Below, in pieces: positions 41,045 to 50,062 of a DNA stretch of 64,000 bases. A program made the translations under genes and the position numbers. The notes beneath the pieces are model-generated. The model searched no databases and was not told the origin of the DNA. It saw only the letters and a list, made by a program, of their open reading frames with translations. Every line of letters starts with the position of its first letter. The first letter of the stretch is position 1. This stretch comes from a virus: positions 23,793 through 87,792 of IMG/VR virus record IMGVR_UViG_3300008267_000013. One strand, 5' to 3'.

Positions 41045-41463
41045 GACTCACCTCCAACAGAACGGACACAACGGACCCGGCGCGTAATGCCCACGACGCT
41101 GCTGTACGTGTTGCCGTGGTTGAAGTACACGCTCCACGCGAGCGCTGTAAGGCCGGACACGGGAGACGACGACCAGAACCATTCACTGGGGCAGTCAGGA
41201 AACACGCTGCACGCTGGATTGTGTGTCTCGTAGTCCACAAGAGACAGAAGCTCCCTGACCGTGGGCAGCCGCCACCCATCACCCAGAGAAGCGGCATATG
41301 CCTTGGCCCCTTCCCAAGTGAACTCCCTATCCGGCACGTCCGCCTGCCACTCAAGATCACCCACCTTCACGGTGCGGATAGATGGTCTACTCTGTGCAAC
41401 CTCCATATCAGCAAGACGTTTTTCGAGCATGGCAACACGGGCAGATAAATCTTTAACAGTCAT
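41041..41463 (-). CDS. DUF1566/Lcl C-terminal domain protein (C-type-lectin-like DGR-target fold)
   Basis: WEGAKAYA, GWRLPTVRELLSL, FWSSS, AWSVYF..G, VRCVR. Confidence 0.9.
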   Translation of the reverse strand: MTVKDLSARVAMLEKRLADMEVAQSRPSIRTVKVGDLEWQADVPDREFTWEGAKAYAASLGDGWRLPTVRELLSLVDYETHNPACSVFPDCPSEWFWSSSPVSGLTALAWSVYFNHGNTYSSVVGITRRVRCVRSVGGES

Positions 41464-41483
41464 ATGCGCCTCCCTATCCACCC

Positions 41484-41514
41484 AATCTAGTCACTATCAG
41501 GCGGGTTGTCAAGT
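41484..41514 (-). promoter_or_regulatory. Sigma70 promoter; direct repeat of 40686-40716
   Basis: TTGACA-ACCCGCCTGATAGTGAC-TAGATT. Confidence 0.8.
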
Positions 41515-41768
41515 AGTTCTTCAGTTTCCTCGTCATAGAAACCGATGTTGCCGCCGGTCACATCGTTCAAGCCCTCTACGAATCCAGCAACGAAGTCCTC
41601 ACTGTAACCGTTCCTGCGGTACTCGTCAAGAAACAGATTCATCTTTTCAATGATGTGCTTGCGAGCAAAAGCCTGCCCAGCCTCATTGCCATGCAGGTTA
41701 TCCTCAACCATCTGCTCACTATACTCGGTCATCTCGCTGCTGTCAATCTCAGTCACGATGTTATCCAT
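41487..41768 (-). CDS. Acidic hypothetical protein
   Basis: MDNIVTEIDS...; GGAGG RBS. Confidence 0.65.
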   Translation of the reverse strand: MDNIVTEIDSSEMTEYSEQMVEDNLHGNEAGQAFARKHIIEKMNLFLDEYRRNGYSEDFVAGFVEGLNDVTGGNIGFYDEETEELLDNPPDSD

Positions 41769-42062
41769 CACTAGCCTCCGTTGGAAAGTGGCATCCCATA
41801 TGCCAACACTCGCACTCACGTTCATGTTCCCACAGGCACCGTCGAGCCTGTTCAAAAGGTACAGGATCAATCGACACCATATGTGGATGCTCAGATGAAA
41901 TTACATCTCTACACTTGTCACAGAGCATTGGTTGGTGAGGATCACGCAGCATCTGGTCGCTACGGATCCGGCATCTACGGCAAGCCGGCAGCAACCCTTT
42001 CAAGTTTGTCACGGCAACCTGCACCGTTGATTCCCTAATCTTAGCCACTCTTCACCTTCCTG

Positions 42063-42275
42063 TCAAGCGTGCAACTCGTATGTGTAGTTTTTATCCATCG
42101 TGTTGAGATAACTTGTGCTGTACTCGTCTCGATCCATGTCATAGATAGAGTAGTACGGCTTACCGTTGATATCAAGAGTAACACCAGTAACAAGAAAATA
42201 TCTTGTTTCCACATGGTGTTGCTCGGAACCATAGACCCATGTGTTCTTCACAATGTCACCGATCTCGTATGTCAT
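42063..42275 (-). CDS. GD..xA family protein
   Basis: YEIGDIV...ELHA. Confidence 0.65.
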   Translation of the reverse strand: MTYEIGDIVKNTWVYGSEQHHVETRYFLVTGVTLDINGKPYYSIYDMDRDEYSTSYLNTMDKNYTYELHA

Positions 42276-42394
42276 AGATGTACTTTAAAGCTGCCACCCA
42301 CCGTTGTCAAGCAGGATGATCAGATAAAAGGTTGATGTGAGGGGGCCAGCCCCCCTGCACCCAGCTTTTTCTGCTGGGCCGGGGATGGCTAATG

Positions 42395-42440
42395 TTACTC
42401 GCGCTTCTTTAGGCCGTTCTTAAAAGTTGGGCGTTTCCAT
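42395..42440 (-). pseudogene. Displaced 3' remnant of gene 43199-44098
   Basis: Encodes KRPTFKNGLKKRE* versus ERPSYKNGLKKR* in the intact gene. Confidence 0.8.
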
Positions 42441-42471
42441 TTTTTTATACTATTTATTTTAGGAGATAAAA

Positions 42472-43197
42472 ATGACAGAAGAACAAAAAGCTTTAAAAAA
42501 AATAAAAGATAAGGAATATAGAGGTAAAAATAAAGATAAAGCAAAAGCTTGGAGGGAAGCTAATAAAGAGTACATTAAGGAATATAGAAAAAAATATTAT
42601 GAAGAAAATAAAGATGAATTATTAGAATATTATAAAAAACAGAGAGAAGAAAATCCTGGGGAGAATACTGAGCGCTGTAAAGAATATAGAAAAAATAACT
42701 TAGAAAAATTAAGAGGATACGATAGACAAAGAAGGAAGGAAGGGAAGAAAAAAGAATCCGATAAGAAATATCGCGATAAAAATAAAGATAAAGCTAAGGC
42801 ATATAAAAAAGAATATTCTAAAAAAAACAAAGATAAATTAAATGAATACAAAAAAGAATATTTGAAAGATAACCCAATGTATAGGACCCATAATCAATTT
42901 TCAAATGCTATACGAGATCATTTAAAAAAACTTTCAATTAATAAAACACGCAATTGGGAAGAATTAGTTGGTTATACCTTAGAAGATCTTATGAAGCACC
43001 TTGAATCGCTTTTCAAAGAAGGCATGACTTGGGATAACTATGGCAGTTATTGGCACATTGACCACGTTCGTCCCAAGTCATGGTTCATCTTTGAATCAGT
43101 CGAAGATCAAGCGTTCAAAGACTGCTGGGCATTGTCCAATCTTCAACCTTTGGAGGCTAGTCTCAATTGCTCTAAAGGTAACAGATACGAAGGTTAG
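42472..43197 (+). CDS. HNH endonuclease with Lys-rich helical repeats
   Basis: GMTWDNYGSYWHIDHVRP...NLQPLEASLNCSKGN; AT-rich insert in the GC-rich island. Confidence 0.9.
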   Translation: MTEEQKALKKIKDKEYRGKNKDKAKAWREANKEYIKEYRKKYYEENKDELLEYYKKQREENPGENTERCKEYRKNNLEKLRGYDRQRRKEGKKKESDKKYRDKNKDKAKAYKKEYSKKNKDKLNEYKKEYLKDNPMYRTHNQFSNAIRDHLKKLSINKTRNWEELVGYTLEDLMKHLESLFKEGMTWDNYGSYWHIDHVRPKSWFIFESVEDQAFKDCWALSNLQPLEASLNCSKGNRYEG

Positions 43198-43198
43198 T

Positions 43199-44098
43199 TT
43201 ATCTTTTCTTTAGGCCATTTTTATAAGACGGCCTCTCATGCCACTTGATAATCTTTTCAGCAACGTGTTCAGTCCCATCCTTGCCAAACCACAGAACCTC
43301 GATTAGCTTGCTGCCCTTGCCAGCACGCCAGCGACGTGTTTCTGCTGTTACCTTCATAACGGTGCCGATACGCTCAACCTCCTTGCTGGGAGTAGGAGTT
43401 GCGCCCCGGTGGACAACATCATAGTTGGAAACCCACAGGGGATCATGCCCATCATGCCCAATATAGGGATCACGCAGCTTGACAAGATCACCCGGCTCAT
43501 ACGGAGTGTCACGGTTCACTTCACGATAATGTGCAGCCTCATGGTGAGAAGTTACCGTGTTGAACATAAGGTAGGTTTCTGGACGGTTGCGATAACGCTC
43601 AGTCAGAGCTTCCGCAGCACTCCTTTCCTCCTGAGTTGAACTGTACTGGTTAACCTGCAAGCTGTTACCATAGCGATCATGCAGCCAGTATGAACTGTTG
43701 AAGAACTGCTTGTAGAAATCCTGCAAGTCCTCACGCTCGTCATACTCCTTGAGGAACTGTTCGTTTACTTCATCAAAAGCAGGGCTGGAGAAATAAGCGT
43801 ACTCAACACAACGCTCAAAGTTCCAGTTGGTCTTGACAACAGATCGGAAGTTTTCCTCGTTCACTTCCCAACGGTTGAATCGCTCGTCATAATATTCCTT
43901 TACCGTGTAAGGAGTCCCATCCTCATGGACTCCATAATAATGATTATGCTTCTGTGAACCGCGAACGACACACATATCCTTGATATTCTGTAGAGTGTAG
44001 CCCCGCGCAGGGTCCAGCATGATGCTGGCAATATTCTGTCGCTTGAGAGGGAACTTGGTGTTGGGAACAAACTTAACAATCTTCTTCTGACGCGCCAT
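43199..44098 (-). CDS. Hypothetical protein with C-terminal SH3-like domain
   Basis: 299 aa; YEPGDLV...IEVLWFG. Confidence 0.75.
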   Translation of the reverse strand: MARQKKIVKFVPNTKFPLKRQNIASIMLDPARGYTLQNIKDMCVVRGSQKHNHYYGVHEDGTPYTVKEYYDERFNRWEVNEENFRSVVKTNWNFERCVEYAYFSSPAFDEVNEQFLKEYDEREDLQDFYKQFFNSSYWLHDRYGNSLQVNQYSSTQEERSAAEALTERYRNRPETYLMFNTVTSHHEAAHYREVNRDTPYEPGDLVKLRDPYIGHDGHDPLWVSNYDVVHRGATPTPSKEVERIGTVMKVTAETRRWRAGKGSKLIEVLWFGKDGTEHVAEKIIKWHERPSYKNGLKKR

Positions 44099-44134
44099 GT
44101 GTCACCTCACCCGTCCATCGGGGATATTGACAAT

Positions 44135-44425
44135 CTATAACGGGATGCTGCTGCTGTCAAGCGCCTGCTTGCAATCTTCGCAACAATCTTTCGACAACTC
44201 TTTCCACGGTACCTTTGGCAGATTAAGGATTGCTTTTCTAACCTGCTCCCGCACACCATAATGAAAACAGTTTATTATATTGTAAGAGGTAAAGTTTCCA
44301 ACTCCTCTGGGGGTTACATTATGTGTGATTGTACATACCAGTTCAAAATCAGACAGTGCGATTAGCTCGCTCGCCAGTTTCTTCAAGCCTTCCTCGTCTA
44401 GCTTGTTTGACGGTATCCGCATCAC
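44135..44425 (-). CDS. Hypothetical protein
   Basis: AGGAGG RBS; promoter at 44465-44470. Confidence 0.6.
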   Translation of the reverse strand: MMRIPSNKLDEEGLKKLASELIALSDFELVCTITHNVTPRGVGNFTSYNIINCFHYGVREQVRKAILNLPKVPWKELSKDCCEDCKQALDSSSIPL

Positions 44426-44790
44426 GTCCTCCTGTCCACTCTATATAGAGCAGGCTGCTTCGCCTGTCAAGCTGGCGGGGCATAAGAAAAGGGAGTAGAG
44501 GGAGGGCTAGCCCCCTCAGCCAACCTTTAATTCCCAGCCGGGGAGGTTGACTAGAAGGAGGGGGCGGGGTACATTAAGAACATCAGGAGGACGGAACAAA
44601 TGGACTGGGACAACTTAGACGAGGAGATGGAGTGGGAGGGGGAGGACTGGTGTTGGGATGATGATATGCCGACTCCCGTTCACAATGCTTGGTGGTACGA
44701 CTTGACTGCTGAAGGTTAGTGTACTAGATTAACTTTTACGGGGCAATTGAGCCTCACACAAGCTGGCTAATCCAGCATCGGAGCAAGACA

Positions 44791-45108
44791 ATGGCTGCTA
44801 CCCGCGAGAACGTTCTGGCTGCTATCGTGAAGTACGTTGAGGATCATGGTCGCCGCGCCCCTGCCAAGGCTATCGCTGAGGCTGTTGGTGACAAGCTGCC
44901 GGTTGTGCAGGGCATCATCAAGGAGCTGGTCGCTGCTGGTTCTATTGAGTCGAGCCGTGGACGCAACGGCGGTGCAAAGCCCTCTGGTCAGAACATTGAC
45001 AAGGTTGAGGTTGAGACTGCTGCGTCCGACGAGGACATGGCCGCACAGTTTGCGGCACTTGTCAACCAGCTTGAGCAGGATGCAGAGGCCCAGGCCGCTG
45101 TTGGTTAG
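44791..45108 (+). CDS. Winged-HTH protein
   Basis: AKAIAEAVG...VQGIIKELVAAGSIESSRGRNGG; hairpin downstream. Confidence 0.8.
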   Translation: MAATRENVLAAIVKYVEDHGRRAPAKAIAEAVGDKLPVVQGIIKELVAAGSIESSRGRNGGAKPSGQNIDKVEVETAASDEDMAAQFAALVNQLEQDAEAQAAVG

Positions 45109-45340
45109 TTAACAATAGCAAAGGGTACAGGGGCCGCTCTCCATGTCGGGGGGCGGCCTCGTTGCATAGGTGCCTAAGATAGCACCCCCACCGCAGTAGA
45201 CAAGGGTGAATAAACTTTTTTTAGCAGGTAAAAAAGAGGGGTCGAAGAGGGCTAGCCCCTCCCGATTCCCGTTTTTTTCTGTAGACTCCCGGCGGGCTCT
45301 CGACTACTTTGACAATGTACCCACCACGGAGGAACACAAT

Positions 45341-45997
45341 ATGGCAAAGCTCCCTTGGATTCTCGGCAATGCGAAGTTGCAAAAGACTAGCGGCAATGGG
45401 TTCGGACGTGTTATTGGGTACGGGATCCCCCCAGACTTCGACTTCGAGGTTGACGGGAGTAACTTTAACACGTGTCCTGGTGCTCTTGCCTGTCGTGCCG
45501 TCTGCTATGCAAAGCAAGGCGCATATAACTGGCCGGCAACCAAGGCGGCGCGTCAACGTGCTCTTGAATCCACCCTCAGTCAATCGTTCGTTGACGATGC
45601 GGTCGCGGACCTTAAGCGGATGCGCGGCGTTGGTGTTGTACGTATCCACGACAGCGGTGATTTCTATTCGCAGACGTATCTGGACAAGTGGGTTGCAATT
45701 GCCCGTGCGTTCCCCAATATTATCTTTTACGCCTACACCAAGAGTGTCACGCTTGACTTCACAGGCATTCCCGAAAACTTCCGCGTCACCTTTTCGCTGG
45801 GTGGTAAGTATGATTCACAGGTTGACCTGAGCAAGCCGCACTCCCGTATCTTCACAACGCATGAGGATATGGAGCGGGCGGGATATGTAGACGGCGGCAA
45901 AAGCGATGCCCCGGCGATTCAAGGGCTGGTCAAGATCGGCCTCCCTTGGCACGGTGTTAAGAATCTAACAGACTCTCAAAAGAAGTTTTTCCGATAG
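45341..45997 (+). CDS. GP88-like phage protein (Cys motif, radical-SAM-like)
   Basis: GNAKL, TCPGALACRAVCYA, RIHDSGDFYS, FYAYTKS. Confidence 0.8.
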   Translation: MAKLPWILGNAKLQKTSGNGFGRVIGYGIPPDFDFEVDGSNFNTCPGALACRAVCYAKQGAYNWPATKAARQRALESTLSQSFVDDAVADLKRMRGVGVVRIHDSGDFYSQTYLDKWVAIARAFPNIIFYAYTKSVTLDFTGIPENFRVTFSLGGKYDSQVDLSKPHSRIFTTHEDMERAGYVDGGKSDAPAIQGLVKIGLPWHGVKNLTDSQKKFFR

Positions 45998-46338
45998 TGT
46001 AAAGCCCCACGGTGTCCAAAAAAAGGATGCCGAAGGGGGCTGGCCCCCTACCCCACCACTTTTCTGATGGCAGGGAGGGAGACCAGTCTTTTTTAGATAA
46101 GGAAACGCACGTTGCCCCTATTCTACCGCCCTAGAGTCAACGTGGAGACGCGATCGTCATCTTTGCGACACGGTATCGCCTAATAACCTTGCCGCCCTTC
46201 CTGAGGGGATTAACGTTGTTTAATTCCTGACAGCATGAGCGGGCATTCTTTCGCATGGTGAAGATAGCATCCTCGATCCGGCGCCAATTATTGCCAACAC
46301 GCTTTAGAACGGTATAGATATGATTCTTCTTTGTTGTC

Positions 46339-46566
46339 TTAATCGTCATCATCCATCTCCTCATCTGGCATGTCGTCAAGCTCTTGAGCGGCACGGTTAG
46401 CTAGAAACCCCATCTGTTTAACTTCATCGTCAGAGAAGTCATCTAGTTCAATATCTAAACCATATTCATCCTTGATCTCCAGGATTGATACCCGCCCGGT
46501 ATGTGAGACCTCGGCCAGAATATCATATTGACCAAAGTCATCCCGGAAGTTATAGTTGACGCGCAT
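46339..46566 (-). CDS. Small acidic protein
   Basis: D/E-rich, GAGG RBS. Confidence 0.65.
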   Translation of the reverse strand: MRVNYNFRDDFGQYDILAEVSHTGRVSILEIKDEYGLDIELDDFSDDEVKQMGFLANRAAQELDDMPDEEMDDDD

Positions 46567-46567
46567 T

Positions 46568-46744
46568 CTAGATCCCCTCCTCTACAACGATGTATGAAAC
46601 ACCTGTAGACTTGAGGCGACTGTTTAATACCTCCGCTCGATCAATAGCGGCCTGCTTATCCTTGAAACGTAGCGGCTGGCCATCGAATTGGACAACATGT
46701 CCGCCACTTGCGTAGATTGCTTTTATAACCCAATTTGTTTGCAT
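46568..46744 (-). CDS. Small protein, paralogue of 25904-26119 (not in ORF track)
   Basis: MQTNWVIK...DGQPLRFKDKQAAIDRAEVLN; AGGAG RBS. Confidence 0.6.
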   Translation of the reverse strand: MQTNWVIKAIYASGGHVVQFDGQPLRFKDKQAAIDRAEVLNSRLKSTGVSYIVVEEGI

Positions 46745-47170
46745 TTATTCTCCTGTGCCTTGAGGCACGTTATCATCAGTCTCGATCTTGGACTTGTTAC
46801 GGCGAATCCTCTTCCTCTTCAATTCGCGGTCATATTCAATAGAAAGGCAGCTCATCTTCTCAGGAACAGGAACCTCCCGTGCCTTAGCCTTGCGTGAGCC
46901 GCAGTTATCACACTTCGCACAGTCAAGGTGGTTGATACCACGGCAGCTACTATTAACGCACCGCCATGCGAAACCAGCCCGCACAAGAATACCACCAAGA
47001 ACAGCATACTCGTCTGCATCGTAGTTGTCAAGGTCAACAGCAGCAATCAGTCGATCAACAAAACCTTCGGTGAATTGCGTCTTGAGACGAACAGCAAAGT
47101 TATTCTTTCCACCCTTCTCGATCTCAGTCTGTGCGTCAACACTCTCGATATTATCCATGGCAACCTCCAA
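46745..47170 (-). CDS. Hypothetical protein with RanBP2-like Zn ribbon
   Basis: WRC...CRGINHLDCAKCDNCG. Confidence 0.65.
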   Translation of the reverse strand: MEVAMDNIESVDAQTEIEKGGKNNFAVRLKTQFTEGFVDRLIAAVDLDNYDADEYAVLGGILVRAGFAWRCVNSSCRGINHLDCAKCDNCGSRKAKAREVPVPEKMSCLSIEYDRELKRKRIRRNKSKIETDDNVPQGTGE

Positions 47171-47905
47171 AGTTAGTTAGCGTGACGGTAGTTAGCAGCA
47201 TCCCACTCAACAGGCAAGCTAATCTCATAATGCACATATTGTTGCCAATCAGCATAACCAAGCGACTGTGCGAGGCGGTCACGCTCCTCAACACTCATCA
47301 TGTCGTCGGTGCGACCAACAATCTTCTTGACCTTGTTGTAAACCATGTCAAACATAACAACCCCCAAGGTGAGCCAAGCCATGATCATATAAGTCGGCAT
47401 CTGTGTCCTCCCGTTCAACTGAAGCTATATTCTCATGAGACGGGGATGGTTGCAACAAAGAAAAAGATGTAAGCGGAGGGGCTAGCCCTCCCCGGTCCCG
47501 GTTTATATTCAGCCGGGTGGGAGGCAATCCTACAAGAAGAACTTGACAACGAATGCAGTTGCAACGCCACCAGTCAAGGCACCAAGGAGGAGCGAATAAC
47601 GCACAAGATTAACAACCTGCTCATCGTTGAAGGAATAGGAGATGGAGTTAACAGACGACAGACGCTTTGAGACGCGCATGAGAAGCCTCCAGGGAGTTGG
47701 TGAGTCTTTGTAGATCATGGCAACCGCCGGAACATATCATACCATTGCTGGACAAGCAACGCATAAGTTTCTGTGATGGAACCGCTACTCTTCTTCTTCG
47801 TTGGCTTCTTCCCGCCAGTCCTCTTCCTCTTGGCGATTGTACTCTTTTTTTGATCGGTGTGGTCCACTTTTTGTTACCCCTTGGATGATGCGAACCATGT
47901 GAATG

Positions 47906-48151
47906 TCACGCGTTCTTATTCGTGAACTTCCAGCCATCAGGCGCCGTTTCATTCCACACCTCGCGTGCATACTCGGGGTCGATCACATCAAGGTCGGCAA
48001 AAAGATCAGAAACAACTTTATAGCTATCACGACCCTTGGTCCACACGCCATGATCGTCGCTGTAATCATACCACCAATCATGACGGCTCATCACGTTGCG
48101 GAGCTGGGTGGCAACAGTTTCACGGTCCTTGAGGATGGGGAGATTGTTCAT
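47906..48151 (-). CDS. Hypothetical phage protein
   Basis: HDWWYDYSDD motif; AGGAG RBS. Confidence 0.7.
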   Translation of the reverse strand: MNNLPILKDRETVATQLRNVMSRHDWWYDYSDDHGVWTKGRDSYKVVSDLFADLDVIDPEYAREVWNETAPDGWKFTNKNA

Positions 48152-49328
48152 CTGTGTTCTCCTAGCAGCACCGTGCTGCCTATGAACTGATATTACGTCA
48201 GGACGGGTCAGCGTACAAGATAAAAAAACGGTGATGAAAAGGGGCTAGTCCCCCTTGCCAACCCTTTTATGGGCTGGTGGGGGCATCCCATATGTTGCGG
48301 CTGGGTGGTACCGCCGGGGCCTAATACACCCCTTCCAGTTCTGCACTTGTATCATACCATGCGGCCAGAGGGCAAGCCTCATCCTGCCAGTCGGTCATCT
48401 CCTCATAAGCCTCACGGCTGTCAACCTTCTGACACTCATGGAGGGCCATGAGTTCAACAGGCGGCGGAGCGATGTAACCAACAACACCCTCACGCTCCAG
48501 AGCCTCCTCGCGCTCGACAAGCTCTTCGGCTTCACGGTCAGTCATGGGGGGAACCTCGTCAGAGAAAAGGTGCTGGTGGGCTTCGGTCAAGGTCATGGTG
48601 TCTCCAAGATTGCGACAGCGGCGCAGGGCTTCAATGAAGTTGGTGTCGTGGTGACGCATCTTTTGTCTCCAGAGTTGATCTAGTCTAGTGTCCTGCAATC
48701 TAGTTGTCAAGCCGGTACATGGCGGCAACAATGATGAGGGCAACTACAAGGGAAGAGAAAAAGATGTTCATGATGCGGTCGTTGTTCATGTTTGACTCCG
48801 TGTCGTGCGCTGTTGATGAAGTGATATTCTCATGGAACCGGCAGGGTGACAAGATAAAAAAAGGGTGCAGGATAGGGGCTGGCCCCCTCTGCCAATCCTT
48901 TTTGGACTGGCTGGGGTCTTAGCCTATCGGGGTTCGGAGTCCTTCACCAGCTGTTCAAACTGGTCATACACCCGCTGCCGGTTGCCGTTCAGTTTGTAGA
49001 CACGTTTAACGTGGGCATACATGGAACCCCCTCTGTGCTTCAATCCAGCAAGCTCTAGCTTCAGAGCCGAAAGCTGGGTCCGCATATGATACCAGTTGAT
49101 CGATTGCAGGCCCGTGATCAATGACATAGCTTCTCCTTCTCGTCCCCATAATCACCAGAGCAGCAGGGGCCGCAGATTGCAACCTCCTGTCCATTGATCG
49201 CCCCAACAACACCATGCAGGGAGGGATCGAAGTAGACCCCGCAGCAGTTGCACCTCTTGTCCATTAGAGCGACCTCCCGGGGTTGGTGGCAACAGCCACG
49301 ATGGCAATGATGATAAACGTCATTGAGA

Positions 49329-49574
49329 TCAAAGGTCACACTCCTTCCAGCTCATGCCATTCATCGCCATGAGCTGACGCAGCCCACCCTGCTGGCAGCT
49401 CGTTGTCACACTATAACGTCCGCTGTTCAATGTCAAGACACCATCCTTCCTACAGAGTAGCGGAGTGTTATAAGAAAAAATGATGCTGCCATCAGTCCAG
49501 ATCGAAGTGGACTTGCGGCAAGTCTTGCCTGCGTTCCAAGCATTGAAGGCATCCTGAACATTCTTGCGGGCCAT
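49329..49574 (-). CDS. Hypothetical early protein
   Basis: MARKNVQDAF...IFSYNTPL...YSVTTSCQQ; GGAGG RBS. Confidence 0.65.
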   Translation of the reverse strand: MARKNVQDAFNAWNAGKTCRKSTSIWTDGSIIFSYNTPLLCRKDGVLTLNSGRYSVTTSCQQGGLRQLMAMNGMSWKECDL

Positions 49575-50062
49575 GGCATCCTCCGTTGTGTGCCGTCTTG
49601 ATGTGTCTAATCTCTCATGGGTTGACTGCCTTGGCAAGAAGAATAAACGATTGCTTGTGGGGGCTAGCCTGCCACGATCAACCTTTTTCCTGGGCAGCAT
49701 ATAAACTTTTTTAAAGCTTGACTGGCATGAACACTTTTATTTTTATGTATGGGGTGGTGGGGAGGGGAGGTGGTCATACTGCAAGATGTCACAATATAAG
49801 TCCCTAGAGATATTAAAAAGGGTTAAAAACGGGCATAACCCTCGCACCAACTCCCGGAAAAATTCTCATTTTTGAAACATATAATATTTTAAGAAAACTT
49901 TAACATGTGTTATATTAATCGTCAACAAAAATTTTTTTAAAAAATTTCTAGGATTTCTTCTTGTCTACTGTTTAAATAACTGGTAGTCTATATACAATAT
50001 ATTTTGTTATCTTTATTTAAAAAAATATCTACTTATAGTATACAGGAGAGCAATCAAATATT

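Larger units (their letters stand above)
34750..49688. repeat. 13 dispersed fixed-geometry dyad elements (A-tract/GGGGCTAGCCCC/T-tract)
   Basis: Centres at ~34772, 34838, 36129, 37436, 39087, 42347, 44508, 45253, 46041, 47483, 48246, 48880, 49665; all lie between the genes called here. Confidence 0.9.

Noticed and set aside
34750-49688. Dyad elements as a CRISPR array or simple terminators
   Set aside because: Spacing is irregular (66 bp to >3 kb) with whole genes between copies. The flanks between core and tracts mostly do not base-pair, so a long RNA hairpin is not supported.
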